A stretch of DNA of 64,000 bases from a virus. Taxonomy: Duplodnaviria > Heunggongvirae > Uroviricota > Caudoviricetes. Numbering within the stretch: position 1 is the stretch's first letter; every line of letters begins with the position of its first letter. Position numbers and translations under genes: made by a program. The notes beneath the pieces were generated by a model. That model saw only the letters and a list, made by a program, of their open reading frames with translations, was not told where the DNA came from and did no database searches. Location: IMG/VR virus record IMGVR_UViG_3300025735_000005; one strand, given 5' to 3'. Positions 27,893 through 36,569 of this stretch are shown in pieces.

Positions 27893-28095
27893 TAGGTATA
27901 TCTCACTATAAAGTCGCTAGCAAAATAATCACCGACGACATAATTAAGGGCACCCGCCAGAATAGGTGTCGGAAACCATAGTGAGCTGTCCATCTTGACA
28001 TTCACACCATCTTGGCTTACCTTAGCAATCACAGACGGTATGGTAATGTCAACGGACACGTTAGGCCCGGTGATGGTCACATTTCTATCAGGCAT
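27892..28095 (-). CDS. hypothetical small protein
   Basis: 67-aa ORF. Confidence 0.3.
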   Translation of the reverse strand: MPDRNVTITGPNVSVDITIPSVIAKVSQDGVNVKMDSSLWFPTPILAGALNYVVGDYFASDFIVRYT

Positions 28096-28678
28096 CGGGC
28101 ACTACAGCGGTAGGACTAAACAGCATTTCAATGACGCCCCTGACCGGCTTCCATGTGTGCGCAAAGCCAGCAGTTACTTCCGTGACACGCAACTCAAAGA
28201 AGCCATAAACAGGGCTACCTACCGTAGGTTGCACAGTATAGTTTGCCCCAAGCGAGTCAGGAAATTGCACATAGATTTTGTTTAGTGTAGTTACACGCCA
28301 ATAAGGATCTTGGTCCGGCGTCGTATTGCTAGAGCGATTTACACCAGCGATAAGCTCATAGTACACAGTACCATAAGAAATCACGTCACCGGCAGTATAA
28401 CCAGTTGCGCTACTCCAGGCGCTCTTGTAAGAAGGCAGTCGTACTACTAGCTTTGACTGTACACCCGAAGGGCGAATAGCCGATGGGGTATCAGTCTGAC
28501 CTTCAACATTTAGAGCTTCCACAACAACAGCTTCGTAAACAAGCCCCTGAGAAGCATCTGCAACAAATGATAGCGTAATAGGGAATTCCAGCTGTTCGCC
28601 CATAACCATGGACCACAAGATGCTGCCACCATCGCTAATAAGATCGGACTTTACATCCGTAAGTTTGGAGCGTGCCAT
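28088..28678 (-). CDS. hypothetical protein (possibly structural)
   Basis: 196-aa ORF between terminase and fiber-like gene. Confidence 0.3.
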   Translation of the reverse strand: MARSKLTDVKSDLISDGGSILWSMVMGEQLEFPITLSFVADASQGLVYEAVVVEALNVEGQTDTPSAIRPSGVQSKLVVRLPSYKSAWSSATGYTAGDVISYGTVYYELIAGVNRSSNTTPDQDPYWRVTTLNKIYVQFPDSLGANYTVQPTVGSPVYGFFELRVTEVTAGFAHTWKPVRGVIEMLFSPTAVVPDA

Positions 28679-28687
28679 TAGGCCTCC

Positions 28688-28975
28688 TTAAAGTGGTAGA
28701 GATAATTGACGATGTTTAAGGCTTTCTAGATAATTATACACCAACTCAAAAAGAAGTTGTACAATTGGCGCCGACACCTTTATAGTACGCCCGTTTGCCA
28801 ATCGCAGTGTATGATTCCAGCTAGCATCCTTCCCGTAGCATGCAATAGTGGCCATGCAAAGGTCTATGAGACCATCTTTGTTAATAGACAGCGGCCCATA
28901 AGGGCTGTCGTAAATCCCCTCTGGATTTTCTTCCAGAAGCGCGCTGATCTTTTGCACGTTATCACCTCCGTTCAA
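28688..28975 (-). CDS. hypothetical protein
   Basis: 95-aa ORF. Confidence 0.3.
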   Translation of the reverse strand: MNGGDNVQKISALLEENPEGIYDSPYGPLSINKDGLIDLCMATIACYGKDASWNHTLRLANGRTIKVSAPIVQLLFELVYNYLESLKHRQLSLPL

Positions 28976-29279
28976 TACGTTCGGAGATCTTATCCAGTTT
29001 AATGTTGAAGTCCGAGAAGATCTCCTTCAGCTCGACCTTCGTAACATACTGCTTTGCTAGGAGAAGCTCCAGGTTACCTACACGATCGAGACGATTGAGC
29101 AGTTCCCTATGCTTCTCATCAATGTCTGACTTAGGCATATAAGTCTCTGTCACCCTCAATTTAAAGGCATCAAAGTCCTTTCTATGCTCCTTACTATCAG
29201 CCCAAATGGTTTTCATCCACCAGCCGCCTGCGGTCGCAACCAGAGACAGTACAGCTAGCAGGATTTGCTCAGTGCTCAT
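28962..29279 (-). CDS. membrane-anchored coiled-coil protein (N-terminal TM helix; i-spanin-like topology)
   Basis: 105 aa: hydrophobic ILLAVLSLVATAGGWWM followed by charged coiled-coil segment. Confidence 0.3.
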   Translation of the reverse strand: MSTEQILLAVLSLVATAGGWWMKTIWADSKEHRKDFDAFKLRVTETYMPKSDIDEKHRELLNRLDRVGNLELLLAKQYVTKVELKEIFSDFNIKLDKISERIERR

Positions 29280-29782
29280 TAGAAGTTGAACCCTCTTGCC
29301 GTTGCCTTGCGTGCTACCCTGATTGGGTGTAGATACTCTGTAGCGTAACGAACGCCATCAGAGAAGTGTTCTACACCATCCTTCTTGTCGATGGTGGCAG
29401 TATTGGGGTTATTATCCACCCACTTAGTCCGCTCCATAGAGAGGATAAGGTTAGGACACTTAATAGGATCAAATAGCATACCTCCATGATGAAGCATGCC
29501 GTTGACAGCATTGACGCTGTCCACCATGGATGGTGCTTTATTGTGTGCCAAGCAGCGAATACCATGGCTTTCCAGAATGGCAAAGTCAGTACGCCCAACC
29601 ATAGCAGAAGTCTTGCGAGCTCTACCAGAAGGGTCTGGATAAGCAAAGATACGCCGCTTGCCGTTGTCGTAGCGCCCTTTGATTGCTACAGCCAACTGTT
29701 CTGTATCAGGATGTCCCATGAACTCATCAAGCCATTGCATCTGTTTGCCGCGATGCGCAAAGACACCAGAGGCTTGTATCAA
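29279..29782 (-). CDS. terminase large subunit, C-terminal nuclease portion (second exon/fragment)
   Basis: 167-aa ORF (track start is TTG; first ATG gives MQWLDEF... at ~29740) with RNase-H-like terminase nuclease features (IFAYPDPSG..., ILESHG, DGVEHFSDGVRYATEY); in-frame stop at 29801-29803 limits exon to <=29800. Confidence 0.55.
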   Translation of the reverse strand: MIQASGVFAHRGKQMQWLDEFMGHPDTEQLAVAIKGRYDNGKRRIFAYPDPSGRARKTSAMVGRTDFAILESHGIRCLAHNKAPSMVDSVNAVNGMLHHGGMLFDPIKCPNLILSMERTKWVDNNPNTATIDKKDGVEHFSDGVRYATEYLHPIRVARKATARGFNF

Positions 29783-30367
29783 ATTGTTCAGTAGATGGCG
29801 TTAACATCTACCCGACTATTGGAGAAGATATGTAGCAGCTTGTGCTAGATTATAGATACTGTCTTTAAAAGCCCCTAATCCTGTGTTGCAGTGTCCACAT
29901 AAAATACCACGGATGGTACCAGTTGTATGACAATGATCAACAACAGCAGCGTCGCCTGTATTATCCTGCCGACCTGCTCTAAAATGTACAGGATTACGAC
30001 ATATTGCGCAGCAACCGTCTTGCTGTTCTAAAATTGCATCGCGTTCATGAAGCTCTATCCCAAATTTACGGCGATAGTACCACTCAGCTTGCTTTTCCTT
30101 AGCGCATTGCTTGCAATAAGTCTGTCGGCCATCAGCACGTCTAGCGTGAGGGCCGAAATATTCGTAAGGCTTTTTAATTTTACAGTAAGTACAAATTTTC
30201 AATTTATATCTCCAAAGTCCGCTATATGTTACCATATAGATCAGACTATATCATCAGTTGCCTTTAGTGACTATTTCTCAAGTCCAGCACTGCCTGGCGC
30301 TTCCGTTACACTTGTAACGTACTCCCCTGCGGGATAGTCGTTGCACCTTCCTCTTACGAGGCTTGGC
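29783..30367 (-). mobile_element. intervening sequence splitting terminase large subunit (candidate group I intron carrying HNH ORF)
   Basis: Terminase ATPase ORF stops at 30368 and nuclease ORF resumes by 29800; the 585 nt between contain the HNH ORF flanked by hairpin-rich non-coding sequence (e.g. tcccgcagggga, cgttacaagtgtaacg). Confidence 0.45.
29816..30235 (-). CDS. HNH homing endonuclease
   Basis: 139 aa with CxxC...CxxC zinc knuckles and AVVDHCHTTGTIRGILCGHCN (HNH core). Confidence 0.8.
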   Translation of the reverse strand: MVTYSGLWRYKLKICTYCKIKKPYEYFGPHARRADGRQTYCKQCAKEKQAEWYYRRKFGIELHERDAILEQQDGCCAICRNPVHFRAGRQDNTGDAAVVDHCHTTGTIRGILCGHCNTGLGAFKDSIYNLAQAATYLLQ

Positions 30368-31288
30368 TCAGAGTTGTCCCATAAGGATATTCTCTGAATT
30401 CACCAGGTTTAGTATGTGGGCATACAGTTCACCCACGTTAAAGTCGATAGCTACATGCACATCCTCGTGTTCTCCCAGAGGCTCTAGCGTCTTGTTATGC
30501 TTAGCGCGTTCATAGGAGTAGAACACCATATTACCAGAGTCCATGAAGGACGCCATATATTCCGCAGCAAAGGCCCGTGGATCCATAGTACTCTTCAGCG
30601 CTACGATTTCTTCTGGGTCTAGAAAAGGAGAACCAGTATAGTCATAATGATAAGAGTTCCAGGTAGGGTCTTTCTCGTGGAAATGATGAAGCTCATGAAA
30701 GAAATCATAGCCATTAGGTGTAGAAGCAAAGACAGCACGACCAGGACTTCTAGCACCATAGCGACGTGCGTTTGCAGGAGACCAGCGGGTGCTGATGCAG
30801 GGTCGTACAATAGACTCCCAAGCAGCTTTTGCGCCAATACCCTTAGTGCAGGTGGTGACTTCGTCCCAGCCAACGAAATAATAGCCCTTACCGCGCATAC
30901 GCTGTACTGCTTCAAAAGACAGCAGGCGAAGTTCTACATTATTTGGGAGGACAAAGCGGCCTTCATCTTGGCTCGCCTTAATGGCAATTTCTTCCAGCCC
31001 CATATCCTGAGCCAGGATAGGGTAAAAGATGTCTGTAACCTGATCGTATGTCGGGGCAATAATACCTACACGTTTGTTAGGAACGTTTCTAGGTAACGCC
31101 ATAAGCTCATGCACTGCAGTTGCAGCACAGGCAGAGAGGAAGTATGATTTACCCCAGCCACGAGCACAGCATACAGACACAAAGCGGTGAGCTTGATCAA
31201 TAAAGAGATCTTCGTAAGCATCGCTCTGCCCGTAGTGGAGATCAATCACACCTGCAACTCCAAAGGGCAAGCTTCTTGGCCAGTACAA
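30368..31288 (-). CDS. terminase large subunit, N-terminal ATPase portion (first exon/fragment)
   Basis: 306 aa with Walker A CARGWGKS and Walker B YYFVGWDEV; ends with VAIDFNVGE resembling the first catalytic-Asp strand of the nuclease domain, then stops. Confidence 0.8.
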   Translation of the reverse strand: MYWPRSLPFGVAGVIDLHYGQSDAYEDLFIDQAHRFVSVCCARGWGKSYFLSACAATAVHELMALPRNVPNKRVGIIAPTYDQVTDIFYPILAQDMGLEEIAIKASQDEGRFVLPNNVELRLLSFEAVQRMRGKGYYFVGWDEVTTCTKGIGAKAAWESIVRPCISTRWSPANARRYGARSPGRAVFASTPNGYDFFHELHHFHEKDPTWNSYHYDYTGSPFLDPEEIVALKSTMDPRAFAAEYMASFMDSGNMVFYSYERAKHNKTLEPLGEHEDVHVAIDFNVGELYAHILNLVNSENILMGQL

Positions 31289-31345
31289 TTACAGCGTTTA
31301 CAAAACCAATAAGTGGGAAGCCATCGACACAGAAAGGTGCCTGGA

Positions 31346-31540
31346 TTAATCACCACAAAGCAACTCCTTAATTTCGCGCTCGATACGCTCTTTCTGCTTG
31401 CGCAGCAGCGTGAGGCGGTCCATGAGACCATTACAAGGAGCTGCCAAGCATTCATCCGTAGCGTCACAATGGCGGCAGACATAGTCAGTAGTTAGAGAAA
31501 TATCAGATACATCCACTACTACGTGTGATTTATGGATCAT
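31346..31540 (-). CDS. small Cys-rich protein
   Basis: 64 aa, CxxC...C...C pattern. Confidence 0.3.
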   Translation of the reverse strand: MIHKSHVVVDVSDISLTTDYVCRHCDATDECLAAPCNGLMDRLTLLRKQKERIEREIKELLCGD

Positions 31541-31836
31541 ACAGGGATCCTTGCCAGCGCAAGAGCCAGTGTGCGACAGGCGGATGGCGGAAGAGGAAGC
31601 TGCACAGTGATGCCTTCACCACGAACAGTAGCTGTAATAGCACCCTCATCATCTTCATTTACAGAGATATAGTCAGGGCATGATGTATTGGACATATCAG
31701 TCCAAGCTGCGAGATTCTTCATCAACAGTATTCCCATCAGTGTGATAAACTTCACCCTTTTTACGGGTGTTGATAATAAGCGGCGGAATAGAAGCCGTTT
31801 CCAGCACATTAGTTTCAGGTACACGACCATAGCCAT
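31537..31836 (-). CDS. hypothetical protein
   Basis: 99-aa ORF upstream of terminase. Confidence 0.3.
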   Translation of the reverse strand: MAMVVYLKLMCWKRLLFRRLLSTPVKRVKFITLMGILLMKNLAAWTDMSNTSCPDYISVNEDDEGAITATVRGEGITVQLPLPPSACRTLALALARIPV

Positions 31837-32143
31837 AACGCAACAGCTGTTCTGCGATCTTAATCTTTTGTTCAGTAAGCTTGATATAAAGCTCTGGCTT
31901 CCAGATGATCACACGACCAGTGTTGGGATTGAGTTCTACAGTAACACCATCACGAAGATCCTCTTCGCGCTTAATAGCGGCGGACAGTCGATGATGCTCA
32001 GTAACCAATTCACCAATGGGGTCATAACGAAGTTGTCTCAGTCGATCCTTAGAGCGCTCAGATCCTGCGTGGTAGCGACGTCCATCATAGAGTTCACCAT
32101 CACGAACAGGAGGCTGCTCAATGACTGCATTCTTAAGTGACAT
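31697..32143 (-). CDS. candidate terminase small subunit
   Basis: 148-aa ORF that is first gene after promoter motif/terminator junction and lies upstream of terminase large subunit; no diagnostic motif. Confidence 0.3.
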   Translation of the reverse strand: MSLKNAVIEQPPVRDGELYDGRRYHAGSERSKDRLRQLRYDPIGELVTEHHRLSAAIKREEDLRDGVTVELNPNTGRVIIWKPELYIKLTEQKIKIAEQLLRYGYGRVPETNVLETASIPPLIINTRKKGEVYHTDGNTVDEESRSLD

Positions 32144-32427
32144 TATTTCTCCTCTCGGACACTAAGGCAGCTGCAAAATATCAAGCTGTGCCTGTGTGAC
32201 CCATCATTAAGCTAACGGTTTCGTGATTATCCCTTTGCACACCTATCTTGTACGCTGCCAGAAAACGTTTGTAAATCAACGCTCTCGACGCCCGGCTAAA
32301 GGTACACAGGAGGAACACTCCTATAGGGGTAAGGGTATAGGGTATAATATAGGGTCTATCATCTATCATCCTCTACCCTTATACTCCCAATCTTGTTACC
32401 TAACGGTAACGGAGGACGTAAATATCA

Positions 32428-32444
32428 TTAATTTAACGGGTTGA
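32428..32444 (-). promoter_or_regulatory. conserved motif TTAATTTAACGGGTTGA (copy 2 of 4); candidate phage-RNAP promoter for packaging/late genes
   Basis: Shares 13-nt core with the three other copies; sits 30 nt downstream (in transcription direction) of a strong terminator. Confidence 0.45.
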
Positions 32445-32470
32445 GCCTCGGATTATTGCCTATAAAGCTT

Positions 32471-32553
32471 AAAAAAAAAATAAATAAGCCGCCCCTCAGG
32501 GAGCATTAACCCTACAGCCCTAAGGCCATAAGATCAATGCTCCCTGAGGGGCG
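32471..32553 (-). terminator. rho-independent terminator for leftward transcription (18-bp stem, then T10)
   Basis: Plus strand A10-TAAATAA followed by inverted repeat cgcccctcagggagcatt ... aatgctccctgaggggcg; on minus strand hairpin is followed by CTTATTTATTTTTTTTTT. Confidence 0.75.
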
Positions 32554-32555
32554 TG

Positions 32556-32771
32556 TCAAATTGGTTCTTCAATAGCTACAGCGATTACTTGCAACGGTAG
32601 ATCACGATTGACTGTATACCGCATACGGCTCGTGGCTGGCCCGGTCGTACGATAGAATTGAGCATTTTCAAATGTGCTCCATCCTCCACGATGATGCGTG
32701 TAAAGTCCTGTTTCTCTATCTTTAATAACGTATAATTTCATCAGCAATATCCGTCTCGTAAAGTGTCTCAA
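32556..32771 (-). CDS. hypothetical protein
   Basis: 71-aa ORF, last before terminator. Confidence 0.3.
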   Translation of the reverse strand: MRHFTRRILLMKLYVIKDRETGLYTHHRGGWSTFENAQFYRTTGPATSRMRYTVNRDLPLQVIAVAIEEPI

Positions 32772-32995
32772 ATTGTTTGCCGGGAATCACTTTCAAAATA
32801 CCTACATCATTATAAGTAATATAATCACCTACCTTGATCCGGGAGGATTCTACACGCCATCCGTCATGAAATGAAATACGCCCACTAGTGATTGCCTTCT
32901 GCAGCCATTGTGGCGATTCACTGAAACAAAGCGCCCATGTTCATAGTCTATAGAAACAAATTTAACAGCTTCAACAGGCTTACACCTATACTTCA

Positions 32996-33277
32996 TTAGC
33001 TTAGCTCTTTAATACGACGCTTCACAAAAGCCAGTCGGACAATATCCAGATGCTGTGTTTGTCCCTCTTGTGCGGCTTGGTAGGCTGTACTCCCGAAAGG
33101 AAATAAACTTTCACCTGCGTGTATTTCTAGATCTACCTCTACTGAGCAGTTGCCCCAAGTCTTTGCATTTTCGCAAAGACCACAACGTTTCATAGTCTCT
33201 TCATAAGGAACCGTGTAACCGGCGGCAAGGGCTTCAGCTAGATCTAGCCATTCTTTATAGAAGTCAAGGAGGTCCAT
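32996..33277 (-). CDS. paralog-family protein (1 repeat unit)
   Basis: 93 aa; unit pattern LxFYKxWL...GLCxNA..WGNCS...H...FPFG..Y....TQHL...RL.FV.RRI.EL. Confidence 0.5.
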   Translation of the reverse strand: MDLLDFYKEWLDLAEALAAGYTVPYEETMKRCGLCENAKTWGNCSVEVDLEIHAGESLFPFGSTAYQAAQEGQTQHLDIVRLAFVKRRIKELS

Positions 33278-33821
33278 CGGTCAATTCCTTAATACGGCGC
33301 TCAACAAAATCAATCCTATTTGGATTTATATTTTGTGTGCCATAATACCAGTCGTACTTGTACGCAACCTCTCCAAAAGGGTATATTTGATCACCAAAAT
33401 GATATTTGATGTCTGCTAGCACAGTAGCACCACAACCCATTTCTTCTGCATTAATACAAAGGCCAGCCGCCCTGACTGCATACGAAGGATTTTTGCTGTT
33501 AGCGTCCGCCAACCATGCTTCATAAAACTTAAGTAGCTCGAGCTCTGTTATACGTTTCCTAACAAAAGTTAAACGTTGACAATCTAGATGTTGAGTCCTT
33601 CTCGCATGATGATAATTATATCTAGTTTCACCGAAAGGATACTCTGGATCTTTTGTATGAGCAGCTAGATCATCGTATAGAGCATCGCTGCAGTTTCCCC
33701 AAACCTGCGCATTACTGCACAAACCATAATCTTCTAAGAAAAGCGAGTAAGGCACCGCTATACCGCTAGCGAGCGCTGTTGCGCGCTCAAGCCATGTTTT
33801 GTAAAACTCAAGCAAGTTCAT
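33264..33821 (-). CDS. paralog-family protein (2 repeat units)
   Basis: 185 aa containing two copies of the same ~90-aa unit. Confidence 0.5.
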   Translation of the reverse strand: MNLLEFYKTWLERATALASGIAVPYSLFLEDYGLCSNAQVWGNCSDALYDDLAAHTKDPEYPFGETRYNYHHARRTQHLDCQRLTFVRKRITELELLKFYEAWLADANSKNPSYAVRAAGLCINAEEMGCGATVLADIKYHFGDQIYPFGEVAYKYDWYYGTQNINPNRIDFVERRIKELTDGPP

Positions 33822-34080
33822 TGAGTTGTTCCCTCACCCACGCAAGACGCTTCGGATTTCTATGAGCAAATCCACCAATGGTTTCTCGTAGGTAATCATA
33901 ACCGCTTTCGTTGAAAGGATAGGTCTCTTTGAACTTAGGCATAGCCTTAAATACCTCAGGCGCGTACCTGGCGGCAACAAAGCACAAACCGCCGTGCTTT
34001 ATATTTTCTTTGAAGCTCTCAGGGTAACTTGCATCACCCTCAGCGGCTGCTAAGTAATCTTTAAAGAATTCACGAAGCAT
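33808..34080 (-). CDS. paralog-family protein (1 diverged unit)
   Basis: 90 aa, diverged version of unit (GGLC...YPF..G..Y....AHRNP.RLAWV). Confidence 0.45.
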   Translation of the reverse strand: MLREFFKDYLAAAEGDASYPESFKENIKHGGLCFVAARYAPEVFKAMPKFKETYPFNESGYDYLRETIGGFAHRNPKRLAWVREQLNELA

Positions 34081-34645
34081 ATAGGCTCTCCAATTTACAG
34101 CGGACCCAATCGAGCCGCGTTTGGTTCAAATGCTGTGTTTCTTTTGCCTTTGCGCGCATATACTCATGCATATCGTCATGAAAAGGTGCCGCCGTGGTGA
34201 TATCTAGATTTGCGAGCACATCAGGCCCGCCGTAGGTTTCGGCATTCATGCAGAGGCCACAGGTTCGCATCGTGCGTAGCCGCTCTTTAATAATCTTTGA
34301 GACATCACCACTATTCGCCATAGCCATTGCAATTTCGAGGTATTCCTCAAGAAATTGAATGGTCTTCAAACGAAGAATCTCGTTGGCAATCCAAGTCAGT
34401 CGCTGCTGATTTTCATGCTGTGTGCCTGTATGAGCCGCGCACCAATACTCAGCACCCGATGTGTTGAATGGCCACTGACTTTTTGTATGAAAACGCTTTA
34501 ATAGGTCATCACCACCACCGTATAGCACACAAAGACCATGTACACGAACGTCATCAGCAGGTGATGCAGGGGTAACGTAACAACCAGCATGCACCGCCTT
34601 GACATCTTTTAAGTACTTCTGAAGAAACTGCAAAAGGTTCGACAT
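34070..34645 (-). CDS. paralog-family protein (2 repeat units)
   Basis: 191 aa with two units (HGLCVLYGG...WPF...Y...TQHENQQRLTW; CGLCMNAETYGG...PF...TQHLNQTRLDWV). Confidence 0.5.
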   Translation of the reverse strand: MSNLLQFLQKYLKDVKAVHAGCYVTPASPADDVRVHGLCVLYGGGDDLLKRFHTKSQWPFNTSGAEYWCAAHTGTQHENQQRLTWIANEILRLKTIQFLEEYLEIAMAMANSGDVSKIIKERLRTMRTCGLCMNAETYGGPDVLANLDITTAAPFHDDMHEYMRAKAKETQHLNQTRLDWVRCKLESLYAS

Positions 34646-34781
34646 AAGATGATCCTACTGTTAATCAAGGTTTGACGTGTTATCTGACATAAAACTGCAG
34701 TTTAGGAATGAGCTCTTCAAGAGTTATTTGTGTATCATCAACTAGAAGATTCACTATAATGGCAGCCGTGACCTCTCTCAA

Positions 34782-35219
34782 TCATTTTGCCAACTCAAAG
34801 AGTTGATCACCGTGTTTACTGTCTAATACAGTATCTTCAATCTTCCAGCGCAAAACGTTGAAGCCCCATGATCGCAGTGTCGTCACCACAAACAGTGTTT
34901 CGCGTTTGATCTGATACAAGCTCTTGTGACGTCCCGTGATAAATCCAGTTGGTTCTTTGTCTTTGTGCATTTCAAAAGTAGCGAGTTTCCAGTTGCTGAA
35001 AGCGTCTTCTATACGCTTACCAGCGAGTTCTGTCTCCGCATTTCTTTCAAAATTGACATGGGCTTCATAATAAAGTCGAGCTTCTCTCATTTCTTTACTC
35101 TCCTGTAGTTTATAATCGGCGGGCTGTGGAGTACATGCACACCCGCGCCACCACAACCAGGGCATGTCCACCACTGCAACCCATACAGTGTAGTTAGCAG
35201 AGAACCTGAGCCTTTGCAA
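34782..35219 (-). CDS. hypothetical protein
   Basis: 145-aa ORF (true start may be internal ATG). Confidence 0.3.
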   Translation of the reverse strand: MQRLRFSANYTVWVAVVDMPWLWWRGCACTPQPADYKLQESKEMREARLYYEAHVNFERNAETELAGKRIEDAFSNWKLATFEMHKDKEPTGFITGRHKSLYQIKRETLFVVTTLRSWGFNVLRWKIEDTVLDSKHGDQLFELAK

Positions 35220-35222
35220 ACG

Positions 35223-35672
35223 CTACAGATCATACACAACCGGCTGTATATGGGTGAATTCCTCTTCAATAATCTTTTCTACAACAGACCATTCGCCATT
35301 CGCTAAGCCACAACCGATACGTGGCAGTGCTATAGCTGCTGTAAAAGGAGCACATTGTTTATTAACAGTTTCACAGCAAAGCCGCAGTGCGGCGTAGCTA
35401 ATATAGCGACGTGTCCTATCTCTACCATACATGCGTTGTGTGATTGCATTGATGATCATCTTATCGCTGCCATGCGCAATAATAATCTGACCTAAATACA
35501 AACGACCACCCTGGTCATTATAGACCTTGTAATATCTTTGATAAGCTTCAGACCACCTGTCTCGTATAGCTTTCGCTACACCAGATTGCATTACACCTTG
35601 TGCGTTGCAACCATGCATGATATATGGCTCTTCGCAATCCAACAGATTGCCTTTCTTGTAGATAATCTTCAT
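35223..35672 (-). CDS. macro-domain protein (ADP-ribose binding / ADP-ribosyl hydrolase)
   Basis: 149 aa: KGNLLD...HGCNAQGVMQSGVAKAI and PRIGCGLANGEW match macro-domain signature blocks. Confidence 0.65.
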   Translation of the reverse strand: MKIIYKKGNLLDCEEPYIMHGCNAQGVMQSGVAKAIRDRWSEAYQRYYKVYNDQGGRLYLGQIIIAHGSDKMIINAITQRMYGRDRTRRYISYAALRLCCETVNKQCAPFTAAIALPRIGCGLANGEWSVVEKIIEEEFTHIQPVVYDL

Positions 35673-35741
35673 TAAGGTAATGCCCTTTACAAGCCTGACT
35701 TAACCGCACACGATTATTTATTGATAATCGCTTCTCTCCTG

Positions 35742-36197
35742 TCACCACCCCTTCCACCATTGATTGCCGGGAGTCTGCATATCTGCGTAGAAGTTTTGAA
35801 TAACAGATTCAGGAACTTTATGTTCTTCAGGCCGCTTTGAATTGCGCTCTAACAAAGTTTTAAGTGACAGATCAAACAGTTTGACGGTGGGTTGAATCCG
35901 CAGCTCATTATAAAAGGGTTCTACATTACGCCAATGAATGCCGGTATCACTCAGCAGAACTTCTTTGTACCAGTGGTAGCCGGCTCGAAGAGCTCCCAGC
36001 ATGGCTGGTGTAACCACACGAGATTTATTGCTGTAATGCAATGGGTGCTCTTGGTACGCTTGCCTTGATCCAAAGATGGCTTCTCTAAACTTGTCACGCT
36101 CCAGCCTAAGTACATAAGGCCTTGTTGCACAGTATTCATCTGCCCATGTGCTTTTACCAGAGCCTGGGCATCCAACTGTGACAATAAACTTATTCAT
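35742..36197 (-). CDS. polynucleotide 5'-kinase (T4 Pnk kinase-domain-like)
   Basis: 151 aa: TVGCPGSGKSTWA P-loop and LLERNSKR closely parallel T4 Pnk (TIGCPGSGKSTWA ... LVKRNSKRG). Confidence 0.75.
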   Translation of the reverse strand: MNKFIVTVGCPGSGKSTWADEYCATRPYVLRLERDKFREAIFGSRQAYQEHPLHYSNKSRVVTPAMLGALRAGYHWYKEVLLSDTGIHWRNVEPFYNELRIQPTVKLFDLSLKTLLERNSKRPEEHKVPESVIQNFYADMQTPGNQWWKGW

Positions 36198-36378
36198 CTG
36201 TCAAATACTCCTCAAGAAAACCATCTTCTATAAGCTTTGCAGTGAATGTCTCTCGTGTCCAGCCTTCTCCGTACATTTGCTCTCTAAATTTTTCACTGAA
36301 ATGATCTTTAATCATTTCATCAAGGATATCGTCATCTATAACAAGCGTCTGAACACCCATTATTGAGCTTCTCTCCAT
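36190..36378 (-). CDS. hypothetical small acidic protein
   Basis: 62-aa ORF. Confidence 0.3.
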   Translation of the reverse strand: MERSSIMGVQTLVIDDDILDEMIKDHFSEKFREQMYGEGWTRETFTAKLIEDGFLEEYLTDE

Positions 36379-36560
36379 GCTTTTTCACGACTAAAACGTG
36401 TGCTGCCAACTGAACCTTTACGCATACGCTTCTTTACAGCAATGCCGAAAACCTCTGGGTATTTGTCTCTACCACAAAGAACGCAGCAGAGTGCGTCACC
36501 CATACCGCCTCCGCCATCAAGGACACGCGCATGGATGCCCATAAAACACAAAATGTTCAT
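36360..36560 (-). CDS. hypothetical small protein
   Basis: 66-aa ORF. Confidence 0.25.
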   Translation of the reverse strand: MNILCFMGIHARVLDGGGGMGDALCCVLCGRDKYPEVFGIAVKKRMRKGSVGSTRFSREKAWREAQ

Positions 36561-36569
36561 ATTTTAATC

